Source: Lachnospiraceae bacterium
Lineage (GTDB): Bacteria; Bacillota; Clostridia; Lachnospirales; Lachnospiraceae
Direction of reading: 5' to 3'
Assembly (NCBI GenBank): GCA_024403435.1
Contig: JAKSRV010000001.1
Coordinates: forward strand, 3,856 to 67,855
DNA: 64,000 bases
In this document: in pieces, positions 51,550-60,934 of the stretch
Numbering within the stretch: the first letter of the stretch is position 1
Layout: each line of letters starts with the position of its first letter
Made by a program: the position numbers and the translations under genes
Notes under the pieces: generated by a model
Databases searched by the model: none
What the model saw: only the letters and a program-made list of their open reading frames with translations
What the model was told of the DNA's origin: nothing

Positions 51550-51880
51550 TTATCTCATTTTGCCTCTTGCATTCAGCTTATAGAATGCATCGGTCTTTGC
51601 AACATCCTGCAAATGCTCGTTATAAATCTGCAGCTCACTGTTAAGTGTCTCAAGTTCAAATGTTGTCTCGCGAATGAAAGTAGCCATTCTTGACGCAAGA
51701 GGGAGCTTGGTCATCACAGTATTGTCATCCAACACTCCCGTCTTCTTTCTCGCCTTTCCTTCCCCAGAATACCTTACGCGCGGTACAGTAGAAAATGTGC
51801 AAAATTTCTCACTGAAAACGGTCGGTGATTCGGAATTGATTGTACGGTAAAATTCTACAGCCTTAACCCATGAATTATTA
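51550..51880 (-). pseudogene. Probable remnant of a sensor diguanylate cyclase gene
   Basis: Coiled coil ending LQDVAKTDAFYKLNAR resembles the L..LA.TD.LT.L.NR entry into a GGDEF domain, but a stop follows. No convincing SD/start. Confidence 0.4.
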
Positions 51881-52018
51881 TCGCATTCACGGATAATATC
51901 TGCCGAAAACAAATGAACTTTTACTATATTTCGTTTATATAAATAGCGGTATATGTATTGTGCTATTTGACAAAAAATGAATACCATTTGAGGCCAACAC
52001 TAATTGTATTAACATACT

Positions 52019-52051
52019 AAAAAGACCGTCGCACACCAAGCACGACGGTCT
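52019..52051 (-). terminator. Intrinsic terminator
   Basis: AGACCGTCG / CGACGGTCT stem followed by a T run on the minus strand. Confidence 0.8.
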
Positions 52052-52080
52052 AAAGCATTCAGTTAATATATTCGAATTTA

Positions 52081-53013
52081 TTAGTAGCACACATTGAATG
52101 AATCCATGATATCATCAAACATTCCCTGGTCACTTCCGAAACGAGTTGAGAAGAACTGGAAATAAACAACTACATCGCTCTGATAATAAATAACGGTGTA
52201 ACCGCTGATATTGCCGTTAAGGACCTCATATCTGTAAAACTTCTTATTATCTGCATTGTAGTAGATATCAGAGTCCACCACTTCATAATCATCATAGATA
52301 CCTTCTTCGAGAACCTCAATTGTATTAGCCTCATTAACACCTGAGAACCAAAGAGTACTTATAAACACATACTCTATATCTGTAGCAAAAGATGCCTTGG
52401 TCTCGGAAGATGTACCATACTGCTCAAAGTTTGTAGGAAGAGTAATTGATACTCCACCCCATGTTACCTGTCCGTTAACAAAATCATTCTCGGGGAGGTC
52501 ATCATAGCAATTCTCGCAGTATACATAGGTATTGGTTCCTGTCCATTTATGAGGAAGTCTTTCACCTTCCTCCTCTCCGCAGTAATAACAATACTTAGGC
52601 GAATAACATGTAGCCTCTATCCAATCATGCTCACCCTTCTGATGATCCGATTCACCGCATACATAGCAGAATCTCTCTTCAATACAGGTAGCAAATGACC
52701 ATTCGTGTCCCTTAGCTTCACCGTTGGTCTCTCCGCATACATAACATGTTGAAGGTTCTGTACATGTAGCATCGCTCCACTTATGTCCGAGAGCATCTCC
52801 CTTGGTCTTGCCACACAAATCACATGTCTTAGGCTCGGTACATGTTGCATCATTCCATTCATGGTCGAGCTTATCACCCTGTGTCTTTCCACACTTAGCA
52901 CAGGTCTGAGGCTCCTTACAGGTAGCATCTTCCCAATCATGCTTCAGGCAACATCCTGTCATCATTATTGCTGCCATAACCGTACATGCAAAAATAACAA
53001 TCCTCTTTTTCAT
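52081..53013 (-). CDS. Lipoprotein with 26-aa Cys/His repeats, paralog A
   Basis: Signal peptide MKKRIV...MMTG-C; five H-x-W-x2-ATC-x5-C-x2-CG repeats plus a partial sixth; ~140-aa C-terminal domain. Confidence 0.85.
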   Translation of the reverse strand: MKKRIVIFACTVMAAIMMTGCCLKHDWEDATCKEPQTCAKCGKTQGDKLDHEWNDATCTEPKTCDLCGKTKGDALGHKWSDATCTEPSTCYVCGETNGEAKGHEWSFATCIEERFCYVCGESDHQKGEHDWIEATCYSPKYCYYCGEEEGERLPHKWTGTNTYVYCENCYDDLPENDFVNGQVTWGGVSITLPTNFEQYGTSSETKASFATDIEYVFISTLWFSGVNEANTIEVLEEGIYDDYEVVDSDIYYNADNKKFYRYEVLNGNISGYTVIYYQSDVVVYFQFFSTRFGSDQGMFDDIMDSFNVCY

Positions 53014-53044
53014 ATCTTTCCTTCCTATATCACTACACAATAAA

Positions 53045-53094
53045 CAAAAAAACCAATACAAGGATTAAGTATAACACCTTAATCCTCGTATTGG
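53045..53094 (-). terminator. Intrinsic terminator between the lipoprotein paralogs
   Basis: CCAATAC.AGGATTAAG / CTTAATCCT.GTATTGG stem followed by a T run on the minus strand. Confidence 0.75.
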
Positions 53095-53115
53095 AAATAG
53101 TTTTTGACCAAATGC

Positions 53116-54051
53116 TCAGTAATACACATAGAATGAATCGAGTGTATCCACCATCAGCTTGTCAGCAGCTTCCCATGACGTTGCCCAACATTCCATGTAT
53201 ACAAATACATTAGTCTCATAATATACTATGCAATATCCTTTTTGAGCACTACTGTAATCAACTTCATAAACACGAAACTCGGTTCCGTCAGAGTTTGCAT
53301 AATCCATACTTCCGGTAACATTATAACCGTTCTCAGGAAGACCGCTGTCATAGTAATGAAATACTTCATATTCGCTGGCACCACTGTTCCAATGCGAAGA
53401 GGCCGTAAACATTAGTCCATCACCCATGAATACTCCAATACTGTCATCTGATGTTGATGACACATTAAAATTACTCGGAAGTGACAGTCCTATACCGTTC
53501 CAAAGCACCTCACCGTTTTCGCAAGAGTTTTCGGGCATATCTTCCAAACATTTCTCACAATACAGATTGGTTTCTCCATGCCATGTATGAGGAAGTCTCT
53601 CTCCCTCGTGTGCATCACACAGCCAACAGCTTTTCGGCATAAAACATGTTGCATCAGCCCACATATGCTCACCGTAACCGTTGGTCTCGCCACAGTTATA
53701 GCAATATATCTCATCAACACATGTGCCGGTAGACCACTCATGTCCGGTTGCGATGCCCTCTGTAGCACCGCATACACTACATATCATTGGTAATATGCAA
53801 GTGGGTTTTGAAAAATCATGACCAAGAGCATCGCCCTTTTTCTTTCCGCACAGTTCACATGTTTTGGGTTCTGTACAAGTAGGAGCTTTCCACTCATGGT
53901 CCAGTGTGCTTCCCTCTGTTTTGCCGCATTTTGAACATGTCTTAGGATTCTTGCAGGTAGCTTCCTCCCAATCATGCTTCAGGCAACAACCTGTCATAAA
54001 CAATGTCATCAAAACCACACCGACTATAAATGTTACTCTCTTACTCATCAT
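53116..54051 (-). CDS. Lipoprotein with 26-aa Cys/His repeats, paralog B
   Basis: MMSKRV...FMTG-C signal peptide, same repeat architecture as paralog A, divergent C-terminal domain, SD AGGGGG. Confidence 0.85.
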   Translation of the reverse strand: MMSKRVTFIVGVVLMTLFMTGCCLKHDWEEATCKNPKTCSKCGKTEGSTLDHEWKAPTCTEPKTCELCGKKKGDALGHDFSKPTCILPMICSVCGATEGIATGHEWSTGTCVDEIYCYNCGETNGYGEHMWADATCFMPKSCWLCDAHEGERLPHTWHGETNLYCEKCLEDMPENSCENGEVLWNGIGLSLPSNFNVSSTSDDSIGVFMGDGLMFTASSHWNSGASEYEVFHYYDSGLPENGYNVTGSMDYANSDGTEFRVYEVDYSSAQKGYCIVYYETNVFVYMECWATSWEAADKLMVDTLDSFYVYY

Positions 54052-54073
54052 TTTCCCCCTTACAGAATAAGAA

Positions 54074-54778
54074 TTACTTGCTCTCTTTTGCACCCTCAAG
54101 GAGCTTGTATACACATGCTGCAAGTGCTGCGCCTACAAGAGGTCCTACGATGAATACCCATACACACTCGAGAGCACCGGTACTTCCGTTTACAATTGCG
54201 TTCATAATAGCGGGTCCAAGGCTTCTTGCAGGGTTAACGCTGGTACCGGTAAGACCGATACCAAGAATATGTACTACTACAAGAGTAAGGCCGATTACAA
54301 GACCACCGAAGGAACCATGCTTTGCCTTTGCTGAAGTTACACCAAGAATAGCAATTACAAAAATAAATGTAAGAACAATCTCAGTGATAAGTCCTGCTGC
54401 GATGCTTTCGTGTACACCGCCTAAGCCGTTGGTTCCCATTCCGCCTGTCTTGTCGGCAACGCCGCCAAGATTAAAGATTGCTGCAAGTACTCCTGAACCT
54501 GCAAATGCACCAAGGCACTGTGCAACAACATATGCGCAGAAATCCTTTCCACTCATTCCTCCTGAAAGAAGAACTCCAAGAGATACTGCGGGATTGATAT
54601 GGCAACCGGAAATATTTCCGATGCTGTATGCCATTGCTACGATTGTAAGTCCAAATGCAAGAGCGGTAAGAATGTATCCACCACCCGATACCGCATCACA
54701 TCCTACAAGCATAGCGGTTCCGCAACCAAGAATAACCAAAGTCATTGTTCCGATAAATTCTGCTACGTACTTTTTCAT
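54074..54778 (-). CDS. aqpZ: Aquaporin (MIP family, AqpZ-like)
   Basis: AEFIGT, SGCHINPAVS and GTSVNPARS motifs; 6 TMs. Confidence 0.9.
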   Translation of the reverse strand: MKKYVAEFIGTMTLVILGCGTAMLVGCDAVSGGGYILTALAFGLTIVAMAYSIGNISGCHINPAVSLGVLLSGGMSGKDFCAYVVAQCLGAFAGSGVLAAIFNLGGVADKTGGMGTNGLGGVHESIAAGLITEIVLTFIFVIAILGVTSAKAKHGSFGGLVIGLTLVVVHILGIGLTGTSVNPARSLGPAIMNAIVNGSTGALECVWVFIVGPLVGAALAACVYKLLEGAKESK

Positions 54779-54864
54779 TTTGTTTTTCTCCTTTTTCAAC
54801 TGCAAATATTATCTTGTGTTTATAACGCAAGAAAACAAGCACTGTACCACAGCACTTGTCTTCT

Positions 54865-54892
54865 ATATCGACATATCAAAGCAGAAAATTAA
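54865..54892 (-). promoter_or_regulatory. Putative sigma-28 promoter upstream of the aquaporin
   Basis: Minus strand TTAA-N16-GTCGATAT; very similar to the motif at 39067-39093. Confidence 0.45.
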
Positions 54893-54916
54893 CAGTCTGT
54901 AGTGTTTTAGCCGGAA

Positions 54917-56251
54917 TTATTTATTTTTCAAGTACTCTATAGCCGCTTCCAACTGATTGTCTACCGGATTGTCGGAATTATAATATGCGTCACTGTCAAA
55001 CTCAACCTCGATATCAGCTTCGATACCGATACCGTCAATAGCGGTTCCATTGGGAGTAAAATACTGTTCGGTGGTAAGCTTCATGGCTGTTCCGTCAGTG
55101 AAATTATAGAAAGACTGTACAACGCCCTTACCATATGTCTTGGTTCCGATAGTTACCGCTTTGCCGTGGTCCTTCATTGCACCGGTCAAGATTTCCGATG
55201 CACTCGCTGTATAACCGTTTGTAAGAATAACTACAGGAATATTGATTTCCTTGGTTCCGTCACTGGTATATGTTGCACTGCGACCGCCGTTATTCTCGGT
55301 ATATACAATAGTTCCTTCGGGAAGAAGCTGCTGAGCAACCTGTACCACAGATCTCAGAAGACCTCCCGTGTTGCTGCGAAGATCGATAATTAATGACTCC
55401 ATTCCCTGACTGTTCAGATCTGCCAAAGCTTCGGCAAACTGCTCGGGAGTAGTATCATACCACTGCTCAATATGGATAAATCCGATATTATCTTCCTTCA
55501 TCTCATACTCGACCACAACAACTTCAATCTTTGCTCTGGTCAAAGTGATATCGAGATAATCTTTTTCGCCCTCACGAGCTATGGTAAGCACCACATCGGT
55601 GCCCTCCGGACCGCGAACCTTTTTTACTATTTCGTCAAGAGTCAGTCCGTAAACATCTTCACCATCAACTTTGGTAACAACATCGCCGTCACGTAGTCCG
55701 CTCTTTTCCGCCGGCGAATTGGAATAAACACCCTGAATCTCTGCATATCCTACAGAATTTAATGACAATGTAGCGCCGATACCAAAGAAGGTTCCGCCGT
55801 AATCACCCATCAAATCCTGAATTTCCTCGGCATCATAATACTGAGCGTACTTATCACCGCTGCCTTTTATTACACCGTCGATAATAGCTCTTTGAAAAGC
55901 CTCTGTATCCAACTCAAGGATGGAATAGGTATCAAACATAGCCAATACGGCATTGACCTTATCAACAGTGGCATCATCGAGGACCGTATCTTCCATCTTT
56001 GTTCCGTTGGCTGCCGTCTGATTTGTCGACACGGTTCTGATTCTGTAGCCCATTGAATAGCCTATAACCAGAATCAAAATGATTGCCAGCAGACCGGCAC
56101 TCACAAATCCAACGAGGAAACCCGGCAAAAATCGACTTTTTGCCTTACGTATCGGCTTAACCTCCACAGCAGGATTATAGCCGATACTTTGCTCTTCGGC
56201 AGTTTCCTGCACCTCAGAAGTCTCTGCGACTTCAATATTATTGTTATCCAT
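54917..56251 (-). CDS. ctpA: Carboxyl-terminal processing protease (S41, PDZ)
   Basis: N-terminal TM, PDZ domain (GIG, SPA..SGL..GD), DLR.N.GG, TASASE (Ser) and TYGKG (Lys). Confidence 0.92.
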   Translation of the reverse strand: MDNNNIEVAETSEVQETAEEQSIGYNPAVEVKPIRKAKSRFLPGFLVGFVSAGLLAIILILVIGYSMGYRIRTVSTNQTAANGTKMEDTVLDDATVDKVNAVLAMFDTYSILELDTEAFQRAIIDGVIKGSGDKYAQYYDAEEIQDLMGDYGGTFFGIGATLSLNSVGYAEIQGVYSNSPAEKSGLRDGDVVTKVDGEDVYGLTLDEIVKKVRGPEGTDVVLTIAREGEKDYLDITLTRAKIEVVVVEYEMKEDNIGFIHIEQWYDTTPEQFAEALADLNSQGMESLIIDLRSNTGGLLRSVVQVAQQLLPEGTIVYTENNGGRSATYTSDGTKEINIPVVILTNGYTASASEILTGAMKDHGKAVTIGTKTYGKGVVQSFYNFTDGTAMKLTTEQYFTPNGTAIDGIGIEADIEVEFDSDAYYNSDNPVDNQLEAAIEYLKNK

Positions 56252-56270
56252 TTATATAACCTCAGTACCC

Positions 56271-57557
56271 TTATCGCGCATAGAAATAAACATAATCGTT
56301 GGGATCTACATAATTACCGTCCTTACGAACCGTAAAGTGAAGGTGGTTACCGGTCGAACTTCCGGTACTGCCTACCTTTGCAATGGTCTGTCCCGTTGCC
56401 ACCGCATCACCTTCGCTTACACACAAAGACGATGCATGCATATAGATGGTGTAAAGACCGCCTCCATGGTTAATCATTACATAATTACCCATTGAAGCAT
56501 TATAGCCTGCACTGGCAACTATTCCGGAATATGCTGCATAAATAGCAGTTCCGTAATCAGCTGCGAGATCTACACCGCTGTGGAACTTATTTGTCTGTCC
56601 TGTAATAGGATGTGTTCTGTAACCGTACTTACTTGAAACATACTTGTATGAAGCGATAGGGAATACAAATGCACCGCCGTCATACAGGGTCTGGAGATTT
56701 TGCTGAGCATAAATCTGCTGCTTCTCGGTCAAAATAGCCTGCTCAAGCAGCGCAATCTCGGCATCCTCCGAATTGATTTGAGAATTATACTTGTCTATCT
56801 CTTCCTGCGACTCTGCAATACTTTGATTGTATTCCTCAAGCTGTGCTGCCTTTTCCTGAAGAAGAAGCTCCATATTGGCCTTTTCCTCTTCTATTGCAGC
56901 TAGCGAATCATCCAGGTTTTCTTTCTCAAGGGTGAGTTCTTCCTCACAAAGCTCTACATACTGACGAGCTGCTTTAAGCTGCTCCCAGGCTTTTTTATCA
57001 TAAGACACAATTGCTTCGATATAATCCATTCTGTTGAGCAAATCTCTGAGACTTGTAGCTCCCAACAGGCTGGAGATGATGCTTGAATCGTCTCTCTCGT
57101 ACATGAGTCTCATACGATACATCATAGCCTGATATCTGGCATCCTCATCAGCTCTTGCAGCTTCAAGCTCAAGCTCGGTAGCTGCAATGTCAGCTTCCTT
57201 AAGCATTATCTGATCCTCAAGATCCTCAATGGTATACTGCATCTCAGCCATCTTGGCATCGAGTTCGGTAATATATGCAGCAAGGTCATCCTTCTTCTGC
57301 TCAAGTTCATTTTTTACAGCTTCGATATCATGCTTCTTGTTCTGGATCTCTGCCTTTTCCTGCTTGGCCTTAGCCACCTCTTCTTCCTTCTTTTTTATTG
57401 ATTCAGAGGTAATATTATCCAGATAACTGTTATTCTTTGCATATGAAACAATACTCGGCACAACGCACAAAAGGGCCATAACCACTGCCAATCCGGCCAG
57501 CAGTCGTACGGTCCTCTTTCCGCCGTGTTTTGAAAAAATATCTTTTAACTTATTCAT
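56271..57557 (-). CDS. Coiled-coil M23 peptidase (EnvC-like FtsEX partner)
   Basis: Signal peptide, long coiled coil, H.GVD, YMH and STGNHLHF motifs. Confidence 0.9.
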   Translation of the reverse strand: MNKLKDIFSKHGGKRTVRLLAGLAVVMALLCVVPSIVSYAKNNSYLDNITSESIKKKEEEVAKAKQEKAEIQNKKHDIEAVKNELEQKKDDLAAYITELDAKMAEMQYTIEDLEDQIMLKEADIAATELELEAARADEDARYQAMMYRMRLMYERDDSSIISSLLGATSLRDLLNRMDYIEAIVSYDKKAWEQLKAARQYVELCEEELTLEKENLDDSLAAIEEEKANMELLLQEKAAQLEEYNQSIAESQEEIDKYNSQINSEDAEIALLEQAILTEKQQIYAQQNLQTLYDGGAFVFPIASYKYVSSKYGYRTHPITGQTNKFHSGVDLAADYGTAIYAAYSGIVASAGYNASMGNYVMINHGGGLYTIYMHASSLCVSEGDAVATGQTIAKVGSTGSSTGNHLHFTVRKDGNYVDPNDYVYFYAR

Positions 57558-57560
57558 TTC

Positions 57561-58460
57561 TCACACTCTCAAATGCTTATGTACAGTAGCTGCACTTCCG
57601 ATAAATCCTATACCCACACCTAAAATAATGCAGGCAGGAGTAAGATAGTGGAAAATATTATCCACAGATACGAAATTGAGCATACTGCTAAGTGTTGCAA
57701 ATCTGTTGGTAATATAGTTGATTACATATCCGTAAATCTCATAAATCATTACCAACGGGACAACTGCTCCCATAAGTCCGATCAGCATACCTTCCAATAC
57801 GAAAGGAGCTCTTACAAAGAAATCGGTAGCACCGATATACTTCATAATACTGATTTCCTCAGAACGAACCGATATACCTATACGTACCGTATTGCTGATA
57901 AGGAAAATACTTACCGCAAGAAGAATAACAATGATTGCAATCGAAACATACGCAATCAGCTTATTCATACCGGTCAGGGTATTGGCGGTAACTTCCGAAT
58001 AATTGACCTTTCTGACTTCGGGAAGTGAGGTAAGCCAGGTTACAAGCGAATCCTGCATAGATACATCACTCAGGAAAACCTCATAATTATTCTCACCTGC
58101 AAGGGGATTCTCGGGGAAGCCCACCGCATAATCTTCTCCAAAATACGAAGGTCCAAACTCAGCCCAGATAGAATCATCATCATGGAAAGTAACACTTGCC
58201 ACCTCCACGCGGGCACTGATTTGCTGACCAATCTCTTCGATTCTTGTATCGGTAACATCCTCATTGAAAAACACGGTAACAGATACCGCTTCCTCTGCTT
58301 TGTAAAGGATGTTCTCGACATTGTAAACAACAGCAAAGAATGTTCCGAACAGGAACAGACATGCTGAAATAGTTGCTACCGAAGCAAGCGAATACCAGCC
58401 GTTTCTGAAAATGCTGCGTACACCCTGCCACAGTGTATAAAAAAATGTACTAATCTTCAT
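57561..58460 (-). CDS. ftsX: Cell division permease FtsX
   Basis: 4 TMs; ISNT.RI....R..EI.IMK.IGAT..F.R.PF..EG motif. Confidence 0.93.
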   Translation of the reverse strand: MKISTFFYTLWQGVRSIFRNGWYSLASVATISACLFLFGTFFAVVYNVENILYKAEEAVSVTVFFNEDVTDTRIEEIGQQISARVEVASVTFHDDDSIWAEFGPSYFGEDYAVGFPENPLAGENNYEVFLSDVSMQDSLVTWLTSLPEVRKVNYSEVTANTLTGMNKLIAYVSIAIIVILLAVSIFLISNTVRIGISVRSEEISIMKYIGATDFFVRAPFVLEGMLIGLMGAVVPLVMIYEIYGYVINYITNRFATLSSMLNFVSVDNIFHYLTPACIILGVGIGFIGSAATVHKHLRV

Positions 58461-59196
58461 TGATGTAAAGTCCTTCTTCCTCGTCGCTGACAATAATACC
58501 CTTGCGCATTGTAATAACGCGCTTCTTCATAGCATTTACAATCTCAGGGCTATGAGTAACGACAACAACGGTGGTCCCCTGCTCATTAATCTCTTCGATG
58601 AGACTCATGATTTCCCACGAATTGTTGGGATCCAGGTTACCGGTAGGCTCGTCCGCAAGCAAAATAGCGGGCTTGTTGATGAGAGCTCTGGCGAGTGCTA
58701 CTCTCTGCTGCTCACCACCTGACAGTCTCTTAACATCTGATTTATACTTTCCTGCAAGTCCTACCAATGAAAGAATGCTGGGGACATTGCGTCTCATTTC
58801 TCTCGAAGGAACCTCTATAATTCTCTGTGCGAATGCAACATTTTCATATACATTTCTATCACGGAGAAGTCTGAAATCCTGGAATACTACTCCAAGACTT
58901 CTTCTGAACTTCGGAACCTGTCTGTGCTTAAGCTTCTTGGTATTATATCCGTTTACATACACTGTTCCGCTGGTGGCTGTAAGCTCGCGAAGCAGCAGCT
59001 TAATCATTGTTGACTTACCCGAACCGCTGTCACCGGTAATAAATACGAACTCACCTCTGTCAATTCTGAGTGAGACATTATCCAATGCGGGAGAACCCTG
59101 CTCAGGATACTTCATGCTTACATTATCGAGGAAAATGAGACCATGTTCATCTACAAATTCTTCTCTTTTTTGAGCGTTTTTATCTTTAAAGGCCAT
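58450..59196 (-). CDS. ftsE: Cell division ATP-binding protein FtsE
   Basis: GDSGSGKST, VFQDFRLL, LSGGEQQR and ADEPTGNLDP motifs. Confidence 0.95.
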   Translation of the reverse strand: MAFKDKNAQKREEFVDEHGLIFLDNVSMKYPEQGSPALDNVSLRIDRGEFVFITGDSGSGKSTMIKLLLRELTATSGTVYVNGYNTKKLKHRQVPKFRRSLGVVFQDFRLLRDRNVYENVAFAQRIIEVPSREMRRNVPSILSLVGLAGKYKSDVKRLSGGEQQRVALARALINKPAILLADEPTGNLDPNNSWEIMSLIEEINEQGTTVVVVTHSPEIVNAMKKRVITMRKGIIVSDEEEGLYINED

Positions 59197-59273
59197 ACTA
59201 ATCCACACTTCTTTTGCATTCGATTTATTCTAAACAACCCGACAAAGCGAAATGCCGTCGAATGCAATCTTAA

Positions 59274-60356
59274 TTAATAATCATTGGTCTCAATGCACTT
59301 CATGTACTTGACTACCATAAGAGCAATCTTGAATGTAATTGCATCCTCAAATGCTCTGAGATCGAGACCGGTGCTCTTCTGGAGCTTATCGAGTCTGTAA
59401 ACCAGAGTATTTCTGTGAATGAAAAGCTGTCTTGAGGTTTCTGATACGTTCAAGTTGTTCTCAAAGAATTTCTGAATGGTTGTGAGGGTTTCCTCATCGA
59501 AATCATCGGGTGACTTGTTGCCGAAGATCTCCTTAATATACATTTTGCAAAGAGGGATGGGAAGCTGATAAATAAGTCTTCCGATTCCGAGCTGATTGTA
59601 AGCAACAATCTCTCTGTCCTCAAAGAAAATTCTTCCGACATCAGCTGCCATGCGAGCTTCCTTGTATGAACGGCTTACTTCCTTAATCTCAGGCACAACC
59701 GTACCGTATGCGATGCGAAGTCCGCGGATACCTTCCTTGTGAAGGAAAGTAACAAGGCTCTTGATTGTCTTATCAATCTCCTTGGTAGCATCCATTGCGG
59801 AAAGCTCCTTAACAATAATTACATTCTTCTCATCAACAGCGGTAACAAAATCTTTACCGTTGTTAAAATAGTTCTTTGCGATTTCAAGAAGATTGTTATC
59901 CTTGCCCTTGGTAGTCTCCACTACCATTACTACTCTGGGAACCTCAGTCTGAATGTGAAGTTTCTTAGAGCGACTGTAAATATCGATAAGAAGTAGGTTA
60001 TCAAGAAGAAGGTTCTTGATGTAATTATCCTTATCGAAACGCTCCTTATAAGCTACAAGAAGACTCTGAATCTGGAACGCAACCATACGTCCGATAACAT
60101 AAAGTTCCTCACCTGTTCCCGCAACCACCAATACATATTCAAGAGTCTGATCGTCATAAATCTTGAAATACTGATGTCCTGCTGTCTCCTGTGAATCTGC
60201 TGCCGATGCCGCAAATTCCGCTGCGGTGGCACTGCAAGAAGAAAGATCTGCGGTAGAAGCAGCTATTTTACCCTCCGAATCCATAACGCTGAGTTCAACG
60301 CCTGAAATCTGTCTGAGTCCGTCCAGTGTATTTTGCAAAATCTGATTTGAAATCAT
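59274..60356 (-). CDS. PucR/CdaR(SdaR)-family transcriptional regulator
   Basis: C-terminal HTH NLNVSETSRQLFIHRNTLVYRLDKL; SD CGGAGGA. Confidence 0.9.
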   Translation of the reverse strand: MISNQILQNTLDGLRQISGVELSVMDSEGKIAASTADLSSCSATAAEFAASAADSQETAGHQYFKIYDDQTLEYVLVVAGTGEELYVIGRMVAFQIQSLLVAYKERFDKDNYIKNLLLDNLLLIDIYSRSKKLHIQTEVPRVVMVVETTKGKDNNLLEIAKNYFNNGKDFVTAVDEKNVIIVKELSAMDATKEIDKTIKSLVTFLHKEGIRGLRIAYGTVVPEIKEVSRSYKEARMAADVGRIFFEDREIVAYNQLGIGRLIYQLPIPLCKMYIKEIFGNKSPDDFDEETLTTIQKFFENNLNVSETSRQLFIHRNTLVYRLDKLQKSTGLDLRAFEDAITFKIALMVVKYMKCIETNDY

Positions 60357-60562
60357 AAATTCCTCCGAGAATACAATCACAACAACACGATTTTTACTTA
60401 CAAAATTCAATACCAATATAAACTTTACTAAAATTTTACCAAAAAATCAACCTTCCAAGCGTCATTTTTTTGGATTGTTTAGCAATTATGTTTGAAAATG
60501 CAAGTATTTAACGAAATAAATTTATCTATAATACCATATCCGGCATGTGATTTTTCTCGCAT

Positions 60563-60594
60563 AAAAAACATAAGCCGGCATATATGCCGGCTTA
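60563..60594 (-). terminator. Intrinsic terminator
   Basis: Palindrome TAAGCCGGCATATATGCCGGCTTA followed by TGTTTTTT on the minus strand. Confidence 0.8.
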
Positions 60595-60626
60595 ACTCAT
60601 TTAATACCCAATATGTTGTATTTCAC

Positions 60627-60824
60627 TTATACGCGAAGATCCAGATTGCCTCCGACAGAAGGATTAACACTGCGCTCCATAGCAGCAGAATCAATCATAT
60701 TCACAAGTCCCTGTCCAAGTTCTTCGTTATTATCCATAGTCTTGGCAAGCATTGCAACGCCAACCTTATTGGCAAGATTAGCCTGACTGATTGAAGTTGA
60801 AAGCTGTGTGATTGAAAAATCCAT
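60627..60824 (-). CDS. YjfB-family small protein (putative motility protein)
   Basis: 65 aa; VG.AML.K.MD and P..G.N.D..V motifs; SD GGAGG. Confidence 0.8.
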   Translation of the reverse strand: MDFSITQLSTSISQANLANKVGVAMLAKTMDNNEELGQGLVNMIDSAAMERSVNPSVGGNLDLRV

Positions 60825-60854
60825 ATTGATACCTCCAATCCTTAATGTAACTAA

Positions 60855-60883
60855 ACTATACCACCTGTGCGGTACCGAATCAA
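60855..60883 (-). promoter_or_regulatory. SigA promoter of the yjfB-like gene
   Basis: TTGATT-N17-TATAGT with an extended TG. Confidence 0.6.
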
Positions 60884-60934
60884 TTAAAAAACTATTAATT
60901 ATCCTGCCTAAAAATCAACAAAATGCCTAATCCG

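Noticed and set aside
52507-53976. Multiheme cytochrome c interpretation of the CxxC repeats
   Set aside because: The motifs are CxxCG/D/Y/L, never CxxCH, so there are no heme-attachment sites.
52081-54051. Diversity-generating retroelement targets
   Set aside because: No reverse transcriptase and no template/variable repeat pair differing only at adenines is visible.
59209-59273. Riboswitch upstream of ftsE
   Set aside because: Only an 8-bp inverted repeat (GCATTCGA / TCGAATGC); no recognisable aptamer consensus.
3926-60416. Long N-terminal extensions given in the ORF track (dnaE, ptsH, yvyF, recD2, wzz, uvrB, both lipoproteins, aqpZ, ftsX, PucR)
   Set aside because: Downstream ATGs have better SDs or match family N-termini, and several extensions run through terminators or neighbouring genes.
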